In this document: positions 40,774 through 53,690 of the stretch, in pieces | How positions within the stretch are numbered: position 1 is the first letter of the stretch | Layout: every line of letters starts with the position of its first letter | Source of the DNA: Antedon mediterranea | Taxonomy: Eukaryota; Animalia; Echinodermata | Assembly: GCF_964355755.1 (NCBI RefSeq) | Contig: NC_092672.1 | Coordinates: 15,066,001-15,130,000, forward strand | Reading direction: 5' to 3' | DNA: 64,000 nt | The notes under the pieces: model-generated | Databases searched by the model: none | Told to the model about the DNA's origin: nothing | Seen by the model: only the letters and a program-made list of their open reading frames with translations | Made by a program: the position numbers and the translations under genes

Positions 40774-42777
40774 TATAATTTAAATAGTACTGAGTAAATG
40801 CTCTTATGTATTCTGTCTGTATGTACACTTTTATTTATAGTTTTATTGTACTTTAGTAATTAATGTTCTTTTAATTCTCCCACATCTTAAGTATGTGTGT
40901 ACAGTGTATATTTATTTACAGTATAATTATAGATTTTTGTATTGTTAGTACTGTTTTGTAAGCATTGTTGGTTATCTTATTGTATTGTTAATATTTTTTT
41001 CCCTTTCTTTCTTTCTTTCTTTCTTTTGAGTAATATTTCCACTTTTACGTGTGTATATTTTATAGATTTATTTTAAGTATGTTATTGTATTAATTATTTT
41101 GTTTTGTTTACACGAACGCTCCAATTATCATTGAGTGCCGCCAATATAAATGTGTAAGGTCAAATAAATATTATTATGTAATCTTTGTTGCGGTTCTTTG
41201 ATAGACATATCAGGTTTGACTCCAGGAGGTGAGGGGGGGGGGGGGTGTTAAGGAAAGCTAGCGGGGAGAGTTGACCCTGTTTGTCGGGGAGAAAAATATG
41301 ATATTCCCCACAAAAATAAAACAATACCCTAATGAGTGTTTCAAATCAAGGATTTTCAATTTTACTAAGCGACTAAAACTACCCTTAAATTAATGTTTAT
41401 TGCTGCGGTTTCCGGAGGCCTCACCCATGTTGTGTAATAGGCGAGGAGGCAGGGAGAATAGCAAATTCGCACCAGGCTTGGTATAAAGAAGAAAAAAGAA
41501 AAAGAGCGCATGGGAAAGACAAAGAGAGGACAAAGAATTTAGGAAATAAAAAAAGAGTACTATCAATTCTTGTATGTATTGATAGTACTACTTTCTAGCT
41601 ACTGTATGACAACGGTTGCATACATTTAGTATTCCAAGTGTCCCGCTTTCAATGGAATTTTAAAAGGGAAATTCCCGGAAGCTATCAGTGAAAACATGCA
41701 AATACTCAGTAGCGTACGTAGTCCGACAGCAATGTTTACTACCCTAGTTGATTTCGGTGTATCTAAAATGAGGCCTATTTTCCTTCCCAATATAGCCAGA
41801 CATTTAGCCAGTATATGTGTAATTTCCAAGGAACTAGCAGCTGCTCTATTTTTCAAAATGTTCTTACCTCAGCTTCAACCATCACACAAATTTCGTCTAA
41901 TTCAAAGTATAAGTACAATTTTTTCGGGGACATATCTTTGCACCCACTGACCCAAGGCCTCTGTAATGCGGCTGACTCTGTCGCCGAACCCCCATAGACA
42001 ACCCTATTCAATGGATACTAGGACCGTATGGGTTTGGGAGGGTATTTACCATATCTTGTATCTCAGTGTGTTACATGCACTGTTTTTTAAGACTAGCACC
42101 ATGTGTAATTGAAACATAATTACAAGTTTAGAAAAATAAATATCAAAACATTTGAACTTGTGAAAAACTGGGAGCAGCACAAATAGGCCGAGTTGATTAA
42201 AAAAATACAGTTAACTTTTCCATTTACAAACTTTCTATGATGACCGGTCCCAATGACTTCATTGCGTGATTATATGAAGTTAGTGTTTTGTAATTCTAAT
42301 TAATAATTATTATTATTAATTATATCAAGGTTTAAATTATAAGTAATGAAATAATCAAAATCAGTAGTTTGTGAGTCTAATTTAATAAGCAATTTGATTA
42401 GCAATTAACAAAAGAGTTTATGCATTAGATTACTTTACAACACTTTGCACGTAAGAAGTATGCGGTTTGAGAAAAAAAGCATGTGTCCGTATGATAAAAA
42501 GATAAAAGACCTCATACCAATTAAGCACTGAGTCATTGGATGTTGATGTGGCCATAGCTAGAAGAGACTGTTGGTGAGTTAAAAGAAAAAGGCACATACA
42601 AAATGAAAGCTAGTGAATCCACAACTTGTGAACAATTTAGGGAACTTTTAAAAGGGAACACAAATAATTTGATAGGATATGACTTTTAATTAAAAACAAT
42701 CATTACATGAAAATAAATAAAATGATTTATTACACGAAATGGAATTACAATACAAAATACAGATGTCTTGTAGGCAT

Positions 42778-43709
42778 TAGACTTGCTCCAAGTCTGTACT
42801 GTTTTTTTTTAATAATTTATTTGTTTTTATTTCGACCGCGATTTTTGTCTGAAAATACAGACTTGTGAAACACGTATAGAAATCGATTTGCAGACCGCAA
42901 ACAACTGATAAGAATGACGTAGGTTATCATACCGTATTTGGCTATATGGGGCGGGCGGTATGTAAATATGGATTTCAAATCAACCAATGATCATTTTGTT
43001 TCAAAATGAAAAAGATCGAGTACGTACAGTGCTGAATGTACGATCGAGACTGTTGAAATAATGAAATCGTGTTGCCAAGTTGTTTTGTTTATTAATTGTT
43101 TAGTCCTTAGCCTAGGCCTCGCACGTATGATCTGCCAAATAAAACGCCAATAAGAGGTAGGCCTACATACCACCACCGGCACACAACAGGATTCACACAC
43201 AACCGACAGGGCTACGACACCACTACACAGAACAGGACAGGGTCTAGGTGGGATTTAAATCAAATTATCTCCGCGTAATATTAAATGATTCATTCAATGT
43301 TTGATTTGCGCAGAAGCAAGACAAGTTTTCATGTTCTTGGGGAAAATCCCATCAAATGTTTACCAGACTACTACTAGGCATATAAAATCATTTCTAGCCT
43401 TCAGAAACTTTCATCAATGTACCCACGTAACATAGCGCATGCGTACCATCTTAGTTGTTGAGTCTTTGAAATTCTGAAATATGAATATTAAAACAGTGTA
43501 CGAGTGAGTAGCCAATCGCATGCAGCTGAAACTAGTCAACCGGATAATCTATGCACCAAGAATTCTTGGTGTCAAACCACGTGACTTTTGCGTGTTTCCC
43601 CAGACGGAGTATCAAAACTCAAGTAATACACGTATGAAACGCCATATGTGCAAAAATGTTTATATTTTTACTAATATTAAGAAAAAAACTCCGTCTGGAG
43701 CCCAGACTA
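42778..43709 (+). mobile_element. AcademH-like non-autonomous DNA transposon, copy 2
   Basis: Perfect 9-bp TSD: TGTAGGCAT|TAGACTTGCTCCAAG ... GGAGCCCAGACTA|TGTAGGCAT. Confidence 0.88.
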
Positions 43710-43759
43710 TGTAGGCATATGCATTTCCCATTGACTGTCAGCATATTCACAGTACCACC

Positions 43760-43870
43760 AAGCCAGCTTGGTGGTTATGATGCTTGGCTACCAATCTAAG
43801 GGTCCTGGGTTCAAGTCCTGTCATATGTCAGGGTTTTTTTCTCATGACAATTTACAACTCCATTCCCAAA
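43760..43870 (+). mobile_element. tRNA-derived SINE head (degenerate)
   Basis: A-box-like GCTTGGTGGTTA and B-box GGTTCAAGTCC at tRNA-like spacing; acceptor stem not intact. Confidence 0.55.
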
Positions 43871-44000
43871 GACTTAATAATAAGTCTTTGTTTATGTAGA
43901 GCATCTTGTGTATATGTTTGTCTTGTGAAATTATTAAATAGTTTATCCATCCTGTAATTGGCGGGTTACTCGCTGTTGGATTGAGTATGAAATAAAAATA

Positions 44001-44413
44001 GGAACGCCGTTTATGCAACATTTCGATGATATAAATTTTATGACACGATATATGAATGAAATGCATCGATATGAATTGAATGGCGCGATATATGAATGAA
44101 ATGTTTTGAATTGAAAGCTTTGATTTGAATGTTTTGAATGAAATGCTTTGAATGAAATGCTTTGAATTGAATGTTTGACTTTTCAATTAAATTCAAACAT
44201 TTCATTCAAAACATTTCATTCAAACACATTTTATTCAAAACATTTTGTTCAAAACATTAAATTCAAAACATTTCATTCAAAACATTTCATTCAAAACATT
44301 CAATTCAAAACATTTCATTCATATATCGCGCCATTCAATTTATATCGATGCATTTCATTCACATATCGCGTCATAAAATTCATATCATCAAAATATTGCG
44401 TAAACAGCGTTCC
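44001..44413. mobile_element. Palindromic (foldback) MITE with arms of about 180 bp and internal TGAATGAAATGTTT repeats
   Basis: ATA|GGAACGCCGTTTATGCAACATTT... pairs with ...AATATTGCGTAAACAGCGTTCC|ATA. Confidence 0.85.
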
Positions 44414-44848
44414 ATAAATTACAGTTACTGTGCTGTCATATTTGAAATATAAAGCAAACCACTAAGAATGTTATTTATACTATGTTAAAACTAAGCATTT
44501 CTAAAACGGGGTTACCCTGTAATAGCCATGTGGGGAAACTATTAATATCTATTTAGATATATTATAAAATATAAATTGATTTATATAACATATTATAACA
44601 TGTTAAGATATGCCTCACACTTTTTTTAAATTATAAACTATATTCCTCGCATGATTGCACTTTTATAAATGATAAAATGATGCCTCACACACATTTTCGA
44701 TGCACTTTGCATGTCTCGCTGGTTTGTTTTTTTAGTTTAATAAAATAAAGATTGAGTTTTGTGTGTCATGAAAACTAGGGTAAAAAACCATGAGCCTCTT
44801 GCCAAATATGTGAGACTTTTTGTACAACATGCTTATCCACATATTTAA

Positions 44849-45474
44849 AGCCCCCTTCCCTACGTTTTTTAGATCTAATTTAAGATCACAAACTATATTT
44901 AATGTAAAAATAATACTATATGGTCCTATTGCAATAACTTTTTTTGTCTTTAAATGGTTAAAAATGTGAAAAATAAGTCGATTCTAATAATTATAGCGGC
45001 CCGCTATAAATCCCAAAATGCATTGCGCGCGGATTTATATTTTTGTTTTTCACCTGTAATTCGCCCACGTTTCGATCGATCGTGAGGCCAAAACAAATGG
45101 AAGACTCCTAACTTTTCAGCGAAAATACGGGGTTTTCCCCAATTTGTATCAACGGAGTCTGGCAAAAATAGAAAGACAATTAATGCAGCAACTATACAAC
45201 GTCAGGCTAGGTATATAGCTAGCGTACGATGTTCGTACGTTACCGATGTTTACCAGCTAGGCCTACAAAACTAAGCCTAGCTAGGCTAGGCCTAAGACCG
45301 TCCACGAGAGGTCGATCGCCGCGAGCTACTTAGGTAGTGCATTGTTTCTCACTTTTTATCATAATTTACCATAAAACGTACATTTAAGACAAGGAATGAC
45401 ATGGTTTAATGTTTTTAAAGTGATATATATGTATTATTTTCCAAAAAACGTCCAAAATTGCAGGGAAGGGGTCT
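44849..45474 (+). mobile_element. Kolobok-like MITE (TTAA TSD, AG...CT ends), best-preserved copy
   Basis: TTAA|AGCCCCCTTCCCT ... AGGGAAGGGGTCT|TTAA. Confidence 0.82.
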
Positions 45475-48400
45475 TTAAACAATGCTTGTGGCCATCAAGA
45501 TGACTCTTATTTAGATTTCATTGACCCTGTAGTTTTACTATCATAAACCTGTAATAATAATTAATTGTTTCTTTGGACCCTGTGGTCTTTAAATATTAAA
45601 ATTCTTTAATTATGGCATGTTTGGGTGGAGCTCCGGTTCAATCAATTTAATTTATTCATTAATGTGTAACTTTCATGTTCATTTATTTTATTAAAACATT
45701 ATTATTAAAATATTATTTTAATTTATGTTATAAAATAACAAAATGATATAATAGTGGTACATCATCTACTTTCCTTTTAATTGTTTTGTCATAAACAAAG
45801 GTTTTTATGATTAAGTTTGGTTTTTATTTAACGATATCTAAATACTACAATAATCTAATCAATAAAAAAGATTATATATGTTTTATAAATTAGTCTGTTT
45901 CACCATTCTTTTTTTCTTTTTTTTTTTAATTGAACAACTTTTTTTCACATAGGCCTACTTTTCAATATAACAGTTTTTGTTATTTCCAAAATGCATATTG
46001 TTTACATAAATTTATTGATTGATGATGGGAGGATAATGGTTTGATGTATGTATGTTACAGTAGATTATAAAGATTGTATGAAAAATATTAAATAAAAATA
46101 GTAAGAAAAGAAATAGTATTATAAATATTGTATAAATATTGTAATTGTTATGATAATTGCCATACCTATATATTTATTTTATGGTAAACCACATAATTAA
46201 TAATAATGCATATATTAATTATAAATTCAATTTGAAATTATCTTTTTGTGATGCTGTATTCTGAATGAGATAACTGTATATGCTATAAATACAAAAACTA
46301 GAAATATAACCTTAACAATGCTGCCCATTTTCACATACAGTCCAAACGATGTATACAGACATGAATTATGCCTAATTATCATATCGCACAATATATTGTT
46401 CAATTATCACATAACTGTGTGAGAAAAGTCAAATGACCTCCTAGCTTAGCCTCACAAATCGGAAACATTTGCTCTATTTTGTCACTTTTTTCACAAAGCC
46501 TTTGTTCTCCATGTAGCCAGCAATGAAAAGCTTTTGATGAATTTTAACACTGGGTCAGTTTGCTTTAATATTTGAGACCTATATTAGTAAGCATGCATAC
46601 ACACTAAGATTCTGATCAATACTTGATGAATTATTGGTTGATATGTGCACCTGTATTTGTAGTTATTTTAGTCAAAATTTTCAAGAGTACTACACTTTAT
46701 ACATTCTATAAATGCTCTGTTTATTAGGAGCAGTTGCACTACAGATGATGTTATTCTTTCCTCAAAAAAGATGGCACGGTCTGTCAGCTAATATTTTAGG
46801 ATCACATGAGTTGATCTACCATTTTCTTTATTTTTACCATCTCTTTGCCAAGGAATCATGTGATTTTTGCTTTGGTTAAATATGACACATCTAATCAATG
46901 TACTACAGTACTATAAGTCCTAATTGTTTAACTGCAAGATTCTGTTGATAATCTGTAAAATATATGTTGAACGAATGTTATGATTTTAAAATTTATTTTT
47001 GGGAAGTAGAAATAATTTACATATTCTGTTATTTTAATATTTTATACAAAATGTGGATGGATATGTAGCTATAACTGTCAAATTTAAATCTCAATGTGAA
47101 ATATTTAATAATAATAATAATACATTTTTCCAAATGTTTGTTTGTTATAGCTACTCATTATTATTATTATTACTCACTGTTCATCCAAAGTAGATTTATA
47201 AAGCTAAAATTATGAGCAAGGTGTTGAGGACAAAGGTCAATATGGTTCTCTGATGGCTCAACCATATTGATTTTAAATGCATCACTGATACGCTAATTAC
47301 TTTGCTCGCTTCTAAATATTTTAATTTTTTTCATCCTGGTTTCAACCTTGGAGGGCTTTGATATCAGTAATGATAACATTCACTATTTCAAATGTTATAA
47401 GTAAATTTTAGGTTGCATGGGTTGTCATTTTAATGACAAATATCTAAATAATATTTGTTCAGAGAAAATACCATAATGACCATAACAAATATATAATAAA
47501 ATAAATAATAATATTAAAATATTCAAATAAGGTTGTTTTTGTTTATTGGTGTTAACAATAATATATTATATGAATTTTTTTTTTATGTAGAACTATATTT
47601 ATATGGTGTATAAATAAAGTTTGTTAGTGCAAAATATATTGCATTTAACCATTATTGTAAAATAATTTAGGACATAGTTAAATTTATACGATACAAAACT
47701 GTAAATCATTTTAAAAGTATGCATTTTTTTAAAGAAAATAGATTGATGCAAATAAAAATATTATTACTCTTCCTAGAGATATAAGATTTGAATAAGAATT
47801 CAAAAGTCTTTAATATTGTATTAACCAATTTGGAATTACAAATCAAATAGACTAAATTAATAGAATAACATAAATAGAGAAGCCATTTGTTGTGGCTGAA
47901 TTACATTATGCTAATTTATGTTTTTAGAATATGACAATGGTAAGGAAGCAAGTACTGTTCTATGGTAGTATGTAAAGTAAATGAATATAAACCTACTGTA
48001 TGTTCAACCAGGGCAAAATCAGCAAGTTTCAAATTAACAATATACTTATTCTCTTCATATTAAGCTAAAGTTATAGTTTTGAAATATATATTTTGATTAG
48101 AATAAAAATTATGTTAAAAAATGTACAGATGTATAAGTGTCTAGATCGAGGAAAAAATGTAAAGTTAAGTAAAAAATGATTGTATGCTGTTAACAAAGGT
48201 ATGTAGATAACTTATATTGACCAACCTAAGTATTCCATATTATTTGTTTGTTTAATACATTCAAAACTGCTATTTCCCAAAATTATCTGAATTTAATTTA
48301 CATTTACATTGAAATTAGATTAAATAAATAAGATAATACTGAATTATAAACTAAGCTTTCCATCTTCACAATTTTGTTAGGTGTTAGCCTACACTAAATG

Positions 48401-49945
48401 CCTATTTATACTAAGATGATAATGAACCATGATAAATACATTTTCTTACATAAAACTATTAAAAAATTTGAAAGGGGTTCATTCATCCTAGAATTATAGG
48501 ATAACTATTTACTGCCTTTGATGAATATATTTTTATGATTACTTATTTCTATTTTGTGAAAAAATTATCTCAAAAAGTTAAATGTCACTGATCACTCTAA
48601 TTTCACAATTATTTTATTTATTCCTAATAAGCTTTTCACCGTGATCACTCATCTGCAAGGGCGGATCCAAGGGTTGTCCACAGGGTCCAGACCAACCTAA
48701 ATTTTAAAGGTGCTCTTTTTTAGAGGTTCAATATTTTAATCATATGACACATTTGTGTGTACCGGTATGTTAGTATACATAACGGCAAAAACAAATATAT
48801 AAATAGAAATTTCCGGCAGCCGATCAGGAGCAGTGTGAGCCTGAGGCACTAGTAAAATAGATCATTTCAGATACTACAGAGGGCGCATTTTGGGCCTTAT
48901 TAATAATAGCGTTTATTTAACCGTATCAGAAGTACCGTCATCAGGGACTTTCCCCCTGACGTTCGCATTGTTGAAGGCAAAAAAAAAGGTTATCTATGGT
49001 TAGTCGTGTGTGTTTACTGCCGGCGGGAAAAATAGACTACAATCGTTTCGTTGTTTGCTGGCCAACTCAATGGAGTGTCATTTCCGGCCATCTGGGGGGG
49101 GGGGGGGGGGCAGCTGTTAAAAAAGTATTTTTATCAAAACCAGCATAAATGGTTATCCTATCTAGAATGAAAACTTTCTTGTTTTTTGTTTTATGTAAAA
49201 AAAAATGTATTTATCTATCTATAATTGATGTTTATTGTTTCTAGTATAAACTGGCTTTTATATAATGAACCGAAAATGAAACAAATGATCTTTAAAGAAA
49301 GATCAATACAATTATCAACATAGTGTAACTGTTTGTTATTGTACTAATATTTGCTAATCCTCAAAAAGGATTTTCTGTTGTTACTTTATGATGATGAACA
49401 TATAAAGTATTTCAGTATTCAAATCAAAAGAATAATTGTTTATATGTTTTTGAATATGTGGTGACACTCATTCAAGTATCCGGACTTTCACAGTCAAAAG
49501 AAGTAATTTGTTGAAAATCAAGACAGATGCTGCAACATGGCACTGAACCAGACATAGCTTACCATTCAAAAAAATGAATGTGTAAACAAAATGTGTGAAA
49601 CATGTTTGTGAAATAAATCTGTGTTGAGTTGCACTTCTTTTATGTGACTTTTTTTTTATTGTAATGTAACAATACAAAAACGGTAGATAAGGCAGTGATA
49701 TATTAGAAGACTAATATATTTTGTTCTTATGAATATCCATATAAAATCATTGATAGTATTCACACTGAATTACAAGACATTTGTTTAGACTATGTTCCTG
49801 AAATTCTCAACACAAAGTATGTGCATTGTTCTTTCATACTTGTAACTATGCTGTACCCTTACCAAAATTCATTGTAATTCATTGATGGATGGTTTTGGTC
49901 ATCAAATTTCTAAATCTACAACTCCAGATATGGTCCAAGTTAATG

Positions 49946-51373
49946 TTATACAGATCTACTTGCTGGTTTTATATATTCTTCCTTTTTTTGCTCAATACTT
50001 TTAGGAATTTCCGTGTAAATTTCCCCCATCTCTAAAGGTAAATCAGCACGAACTTGTATTCCCACAGTCCTTTGCATCCATGGAGGAACACGCTCCATTG
50101 TATGAACTGGTGCAGGAAGGTTATCTCGAGGCTCAGAATACACATCAGGTTGGGCAATTTTGTAACCAGATCCATGCAGATAACGCTTTCTCACACACAT
50201 ATAGAAGTAGCAAAGTAAAGTAGCAGCAAGAAGCGATAAAACAAGTAAACTACATCCTGCAATGGATAAGATCATGGCAGTGGTCATATCACTGTATGTG
50301 TTATCCGACGATGATTTACCTGATTTTGGTTTTTCAGGAATAGGTCGGTTGCTTGGAATGGTTGGAGTTAATGTATTTGGATCACCTATTACTTTAATCT
50401 GTTTGTTTTTAGATCCCCATCCTGCCGTGTTTTGCACACGACAAGTAATAGTTGTACCATCATTTCTACCTGTTAGGCGGGATACTCTTAAGACCATGGC
50501 TTGGCTCTCTGTCCTATATTGATAGGGCATTAATGGCGGCTCAAATTCCCACACATACTGCATAGGTGATGGATATGTTGGACTGTTACAAATAAATACA
50601 TGCTCTTTATTGACTTCTACTACATCTTCACCTATTATTTCAACTTCAGGCTTATATAAGATTCGAAGAGGACCAATCATACAAGTACGCTCTGATCCAA
50701 TTACTACTGTTTTTAAAACACAACAAAAAGTGTTATTATAAACTTGATCCTTAGTGACTGTAAAAGAATGCTTAATGCTAATGGAATCAGAATTATTTGA
50801 TTTATCCCAAGAAATCCTTTTTCCATTATATAACCATTCCAAATCTGGTAGTGGTTTAACATATTCAGATTGACATTCAAGTTCCACAGTGTCACCCTCT
50901 TTAATAGTGTCTACTGGCTGAATACACCTTGGATATTCTTTACCAGGAACTTGTCGAACTTCAATTTTAACAGGTTTAGATTTTATTGTTTTATGATCAT
51001 TGATTTGACATGAATAAGAAAAGCTATTGTCATCACGTATCACTTTCTTAATGCTTAATGTATAAGTGGCAGCTCCTCTATCTTGTTGGTGTTTGATATC
51101 AATTTCAAAACGGTCTTTAAATGCTTCAGATATTGTATTTTGATTAGTTATTTCCTGATTGTTCTGCATCCAGGAGACATTAACGCCAAGTGGCACCCCA
51201 GTCACTACGCAACTTAGTTCGACAGGGAAACCTTCAGTAGCGGTTTTTGAACTTGGTGGTGTTACGATTGAAGATCCTAAGCAGTTACTAATCTTATTTG
51301 TAAGTATAAAAAAAGCAAGCGGATAAATTGCACTGATTAACTGGACAATATACAAACCATTTTTAGCCTTCAT
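49946..51373 (-). CDS. Immunoglobulin-superfamily type I membrane protein (three Ig domains; nectin/CADM/Kirrel-like architecture), CDS in a single exon
   Basis: Uninterrupted 475-aa ORF with AAAATG start context and an in-frame upstream stop. It has a hydrophobic N-terminus, three Ig C-W-C patterns (LSC..SW..YSC; LEC..LEW..FCC; FIC..VW..ITC), a Pro/Ser/Thr stalk, TM segment AMILSIAGCSLLVLSLLAATLLCYFYMCV, basic stop-transfer RKR and a Tyr-containing tail. Confidence 0.95.
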   Translation of the reverse strand: MKAKNGLYIVQLISAIYPLAFFILTNKISNCLGSSIVTPPSSKTATEGFPVELSCVVTGVPLGVNVSWMQNNQEITNQNTISEAFKDRFEIDIKHQQDRGAATYTLSIKKVIRDDNSFSYSCQINDHKTIKSKPVKIEVRQVPGKEYPRCIQPVDTIKEGDTVELECQSEYVKPLPDLEWLYNGKRISWDKSNNSDSISIKHSFTVTKDQVYNNTFCCVLKTVVIGSERTCMIGPLRILYKPEVEIIGEDVVEVNKEHVFICNSPTYPSPMQYVWEFEPPLMPYQYRTESQAMVLRVSRLTGRNDGTTITCRVQNTAGWGSKNKQIKVIGDPNTLTPTIPSNRPIPEKPKSGKSSSDNTYSDMTTAMILSIAGCSLLVLSLLAATLLCYFYMCVRKRYLHGSGYKIAQPDVYSEPRDNLPAPVHTMERVPPWMQRTVGIQVRADLPLEMGEIYTEIPKSIEQKKEEYIKPASRSV

Positions 51374-51596
51374 TTTTAAAGCTGTTGATCTGCTATTGCA
51401 GATTGCATCGGTATTTCAGCTTATTTTCGCAGTTAACCGAATATTGTTTCTGATTGCTGTTCTAAGGGTAAACAGCTCACCCTTTGCTTAGTATCGCAAT
51501 TTGGATTTTCATCAGTGTATTTGACTATACTTTCCTGTTGATCTTGCAAATAACCTTGACTGTACTGCTTCGTTCATGTCATCCATGCATGTCAAG
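51374..51596 (-). other. Probable 5'-UTR part of the coding exon, starting at a splice acceptor
   Basis: Minus strand TTTACATTTTAG|CTTGAC at 51597/51596, where composition also changes. Confidence 0.6.
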
Positions 51597-51886
51597 CTAA
51601 AATGTAAAGTTAATGAAATTTACTAGTAGAAGATTGTAATAGCATTCTGGCCATCAGAAAATAAATTTATGTTTCATATGATTATTAATAGGCATATTAC
51701 ACTTATTAAATTTGCATATTTAGACATAATGATTAATTTATTGGTGTACAGTATATATGGATATATATACAAAATAAAAATATTTTCAATTTTTACAAAT
51801 CTTTGTTATGTAAATATTATGGAAATACATTATCAATTTTCCATCATTTTTTAGAATTTTATTTTTATTGGTATTTTATCTCATCA

Positions 51887-52393
51887 AGACACTTTCCCCA
51901 CGTTTTTTCAATCTAATTTAAGGTCACAAACTGCATTTTATGTAAAAATAAATAATATATGGCTCAATCATTTTTTTTCGTCTTGTACAAATGTGAAAAA
52001 TAAGTCGATTCTATTGTTATAAATTTATATTTTCATTTTGCTTATGTGATGCATCCACTATCGATCGATCATAAACAGAAAAAAATGGAAGAACTGTAAC
52101 TTTTCAGTGAAAATTCAAAGTTTTCCCTAATTTGTATTATTGGATTTTGCCAAAAAACGAGACAATGCCAGGCTAGACTGTTTGTATGTTACCACTGTTT
52201 ACCAGCTATAGGCCTACAAAATTAAGCATAGCTAGGCTAGGCCTAAGACCATCTATGACAGGACAGCTCAAGGTAGTGCATTGTTTTTCTCTTTTTGTAA
52301 TAATACATTTAAGACAATAAATGACCTTGTTTAATTTTGTTTAAGTAATATGCATTTTTTTACAAAACATCAAAAATTGCAGGGAAAGTGTCT
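51887..52393 (+). mobile_element. Kolobok-like MITE, copy 2
   Basis: AGACACTTTCCC ... GGGAAAGTGTCT|TTAA; colinear with 44849-45474. Confidence 0.8.
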
Positions 52394-53279
52394 TTAAAAT
52401 TTGTCTTAGTTAAACAAACTAGTAGTACTATCTTGATGCAGCTTGTAAAGACAATATCCCAACTTCTGAACTAATATTGTTTTCTTTAAATATGATATAA
52501 TATATATATTTTATGCTTTATGAATTTTCTAAAAAAATTGGAATTTTATTAGATTAATAAATGTTAATTATATTTAGTAATTTTCTTTGCTGTGTCTTTA
52601 AATATTTGTCTTATCGATTGTACTACAATAATCAGACTTTTGGTCTGCTTTTATGTAAACTCATATATACATGATGATTTTGTGTTTTAGTTTTTAAAAT
52701 GTGTTATCTTTTCTTTTTATTAAATTCTACTTGATATATTTTATGCTGATTAAAATAGTTGAAATTATTTATTGATCAGCCCTAATAGAGGGTTTTCATA
52801 TTATCATTTCATTAAAAAAATAAACGTTTCCATGTAATGTTCAATTTTTTTAATTATAAATTTACCTAATAATATATGCAATCTGCAGCTAAATTAATTT
52901 AATTATTTTGTTGTGCATTTTCAAATAACTGTTTTTTTCTATCAACAAGAAGGTAATATTAATAAAGCGTAGTTTACTCATTTTGCTACAGGAGACATAA
53001 TAATACGCCATATGTTATAAAATTATGTGACCTTGGTAGTTCATGAATATTCATAACCACTGATAGCCTTTTCTTTTTCACTGGTTATAGGTTTCATTTA
53101 TCAGTTTCCACAATTTTTTTCTGATAGTTATTGTATTGTAAATGGAAAAGTAATTTAAATTATTTGTAAAGATTGTACATTAATGCTTGTGATAATTTGT
53201 TCATACTTTGTTGTTTACAGCTTCTTTTCTAATATATATTTATTTTTGCTTTTTTATTTTATTTCCTTTAAGCAGAACA

Positions 53280-53690
53280 TAAAAATGTGAAAAATAAGTT
53301 GATAATAATTGATAATAATAATAATTGATTGATAATTTATGCGGCCCGCTATAAATGCACTGCGCATGGATTGATATTATGGTTTTGCTTCTGTGATGCT
53401 CCCATCTTTCGTTCATGAAGGTAAAACAAAGCGAAAATACCGGGCTTTGACCGCAAAAATGAAGGAAATTAATACAACAACTAGAAAATGCCAGGCCAGG
53501 ACTATAGCTAGCGTACGATGTTTGTACGTTATCGCTTTTTACCAGCTAGGCTTACAAAACTAAGGCTAGCTAGGCTAGGCCTAACACCATCAACGAGAGG
53601 ACATTCGATGTGAGCTAATAGGTAGTGCATTTTTTCTCTTTTTATCATATGCATTATTTTTACACAACATCAACAATTGTAGGGAAATTA
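53280..53690 (+). mobile_element. Kolobok-like MITE, partial copy 3
   Basis: Shares AAAATGTGAAAAATAAGT, GCGGCCCGCTATAAAT, TAGCTAGGCTAGGCCTAA and GGTAGTGCATT. Confidence 0.75.

Noticed and set aside
43760-43830. tRNA gene
   Set aside because: A and B boxes are present but the cloverleaf stems are broken; better explained as a SINE head (likewise 55185-55250).
49946-50050. Canonical ITIM and class I PDZ-binding motif in the Ig receptor tail
   Set aside because: EIYTEI lacks the hydrophobic or Ser residue at Y-2, and the C-terminus R-S-V lacks S/T at position -2. Only generic tyrosine motifs can be claimed.
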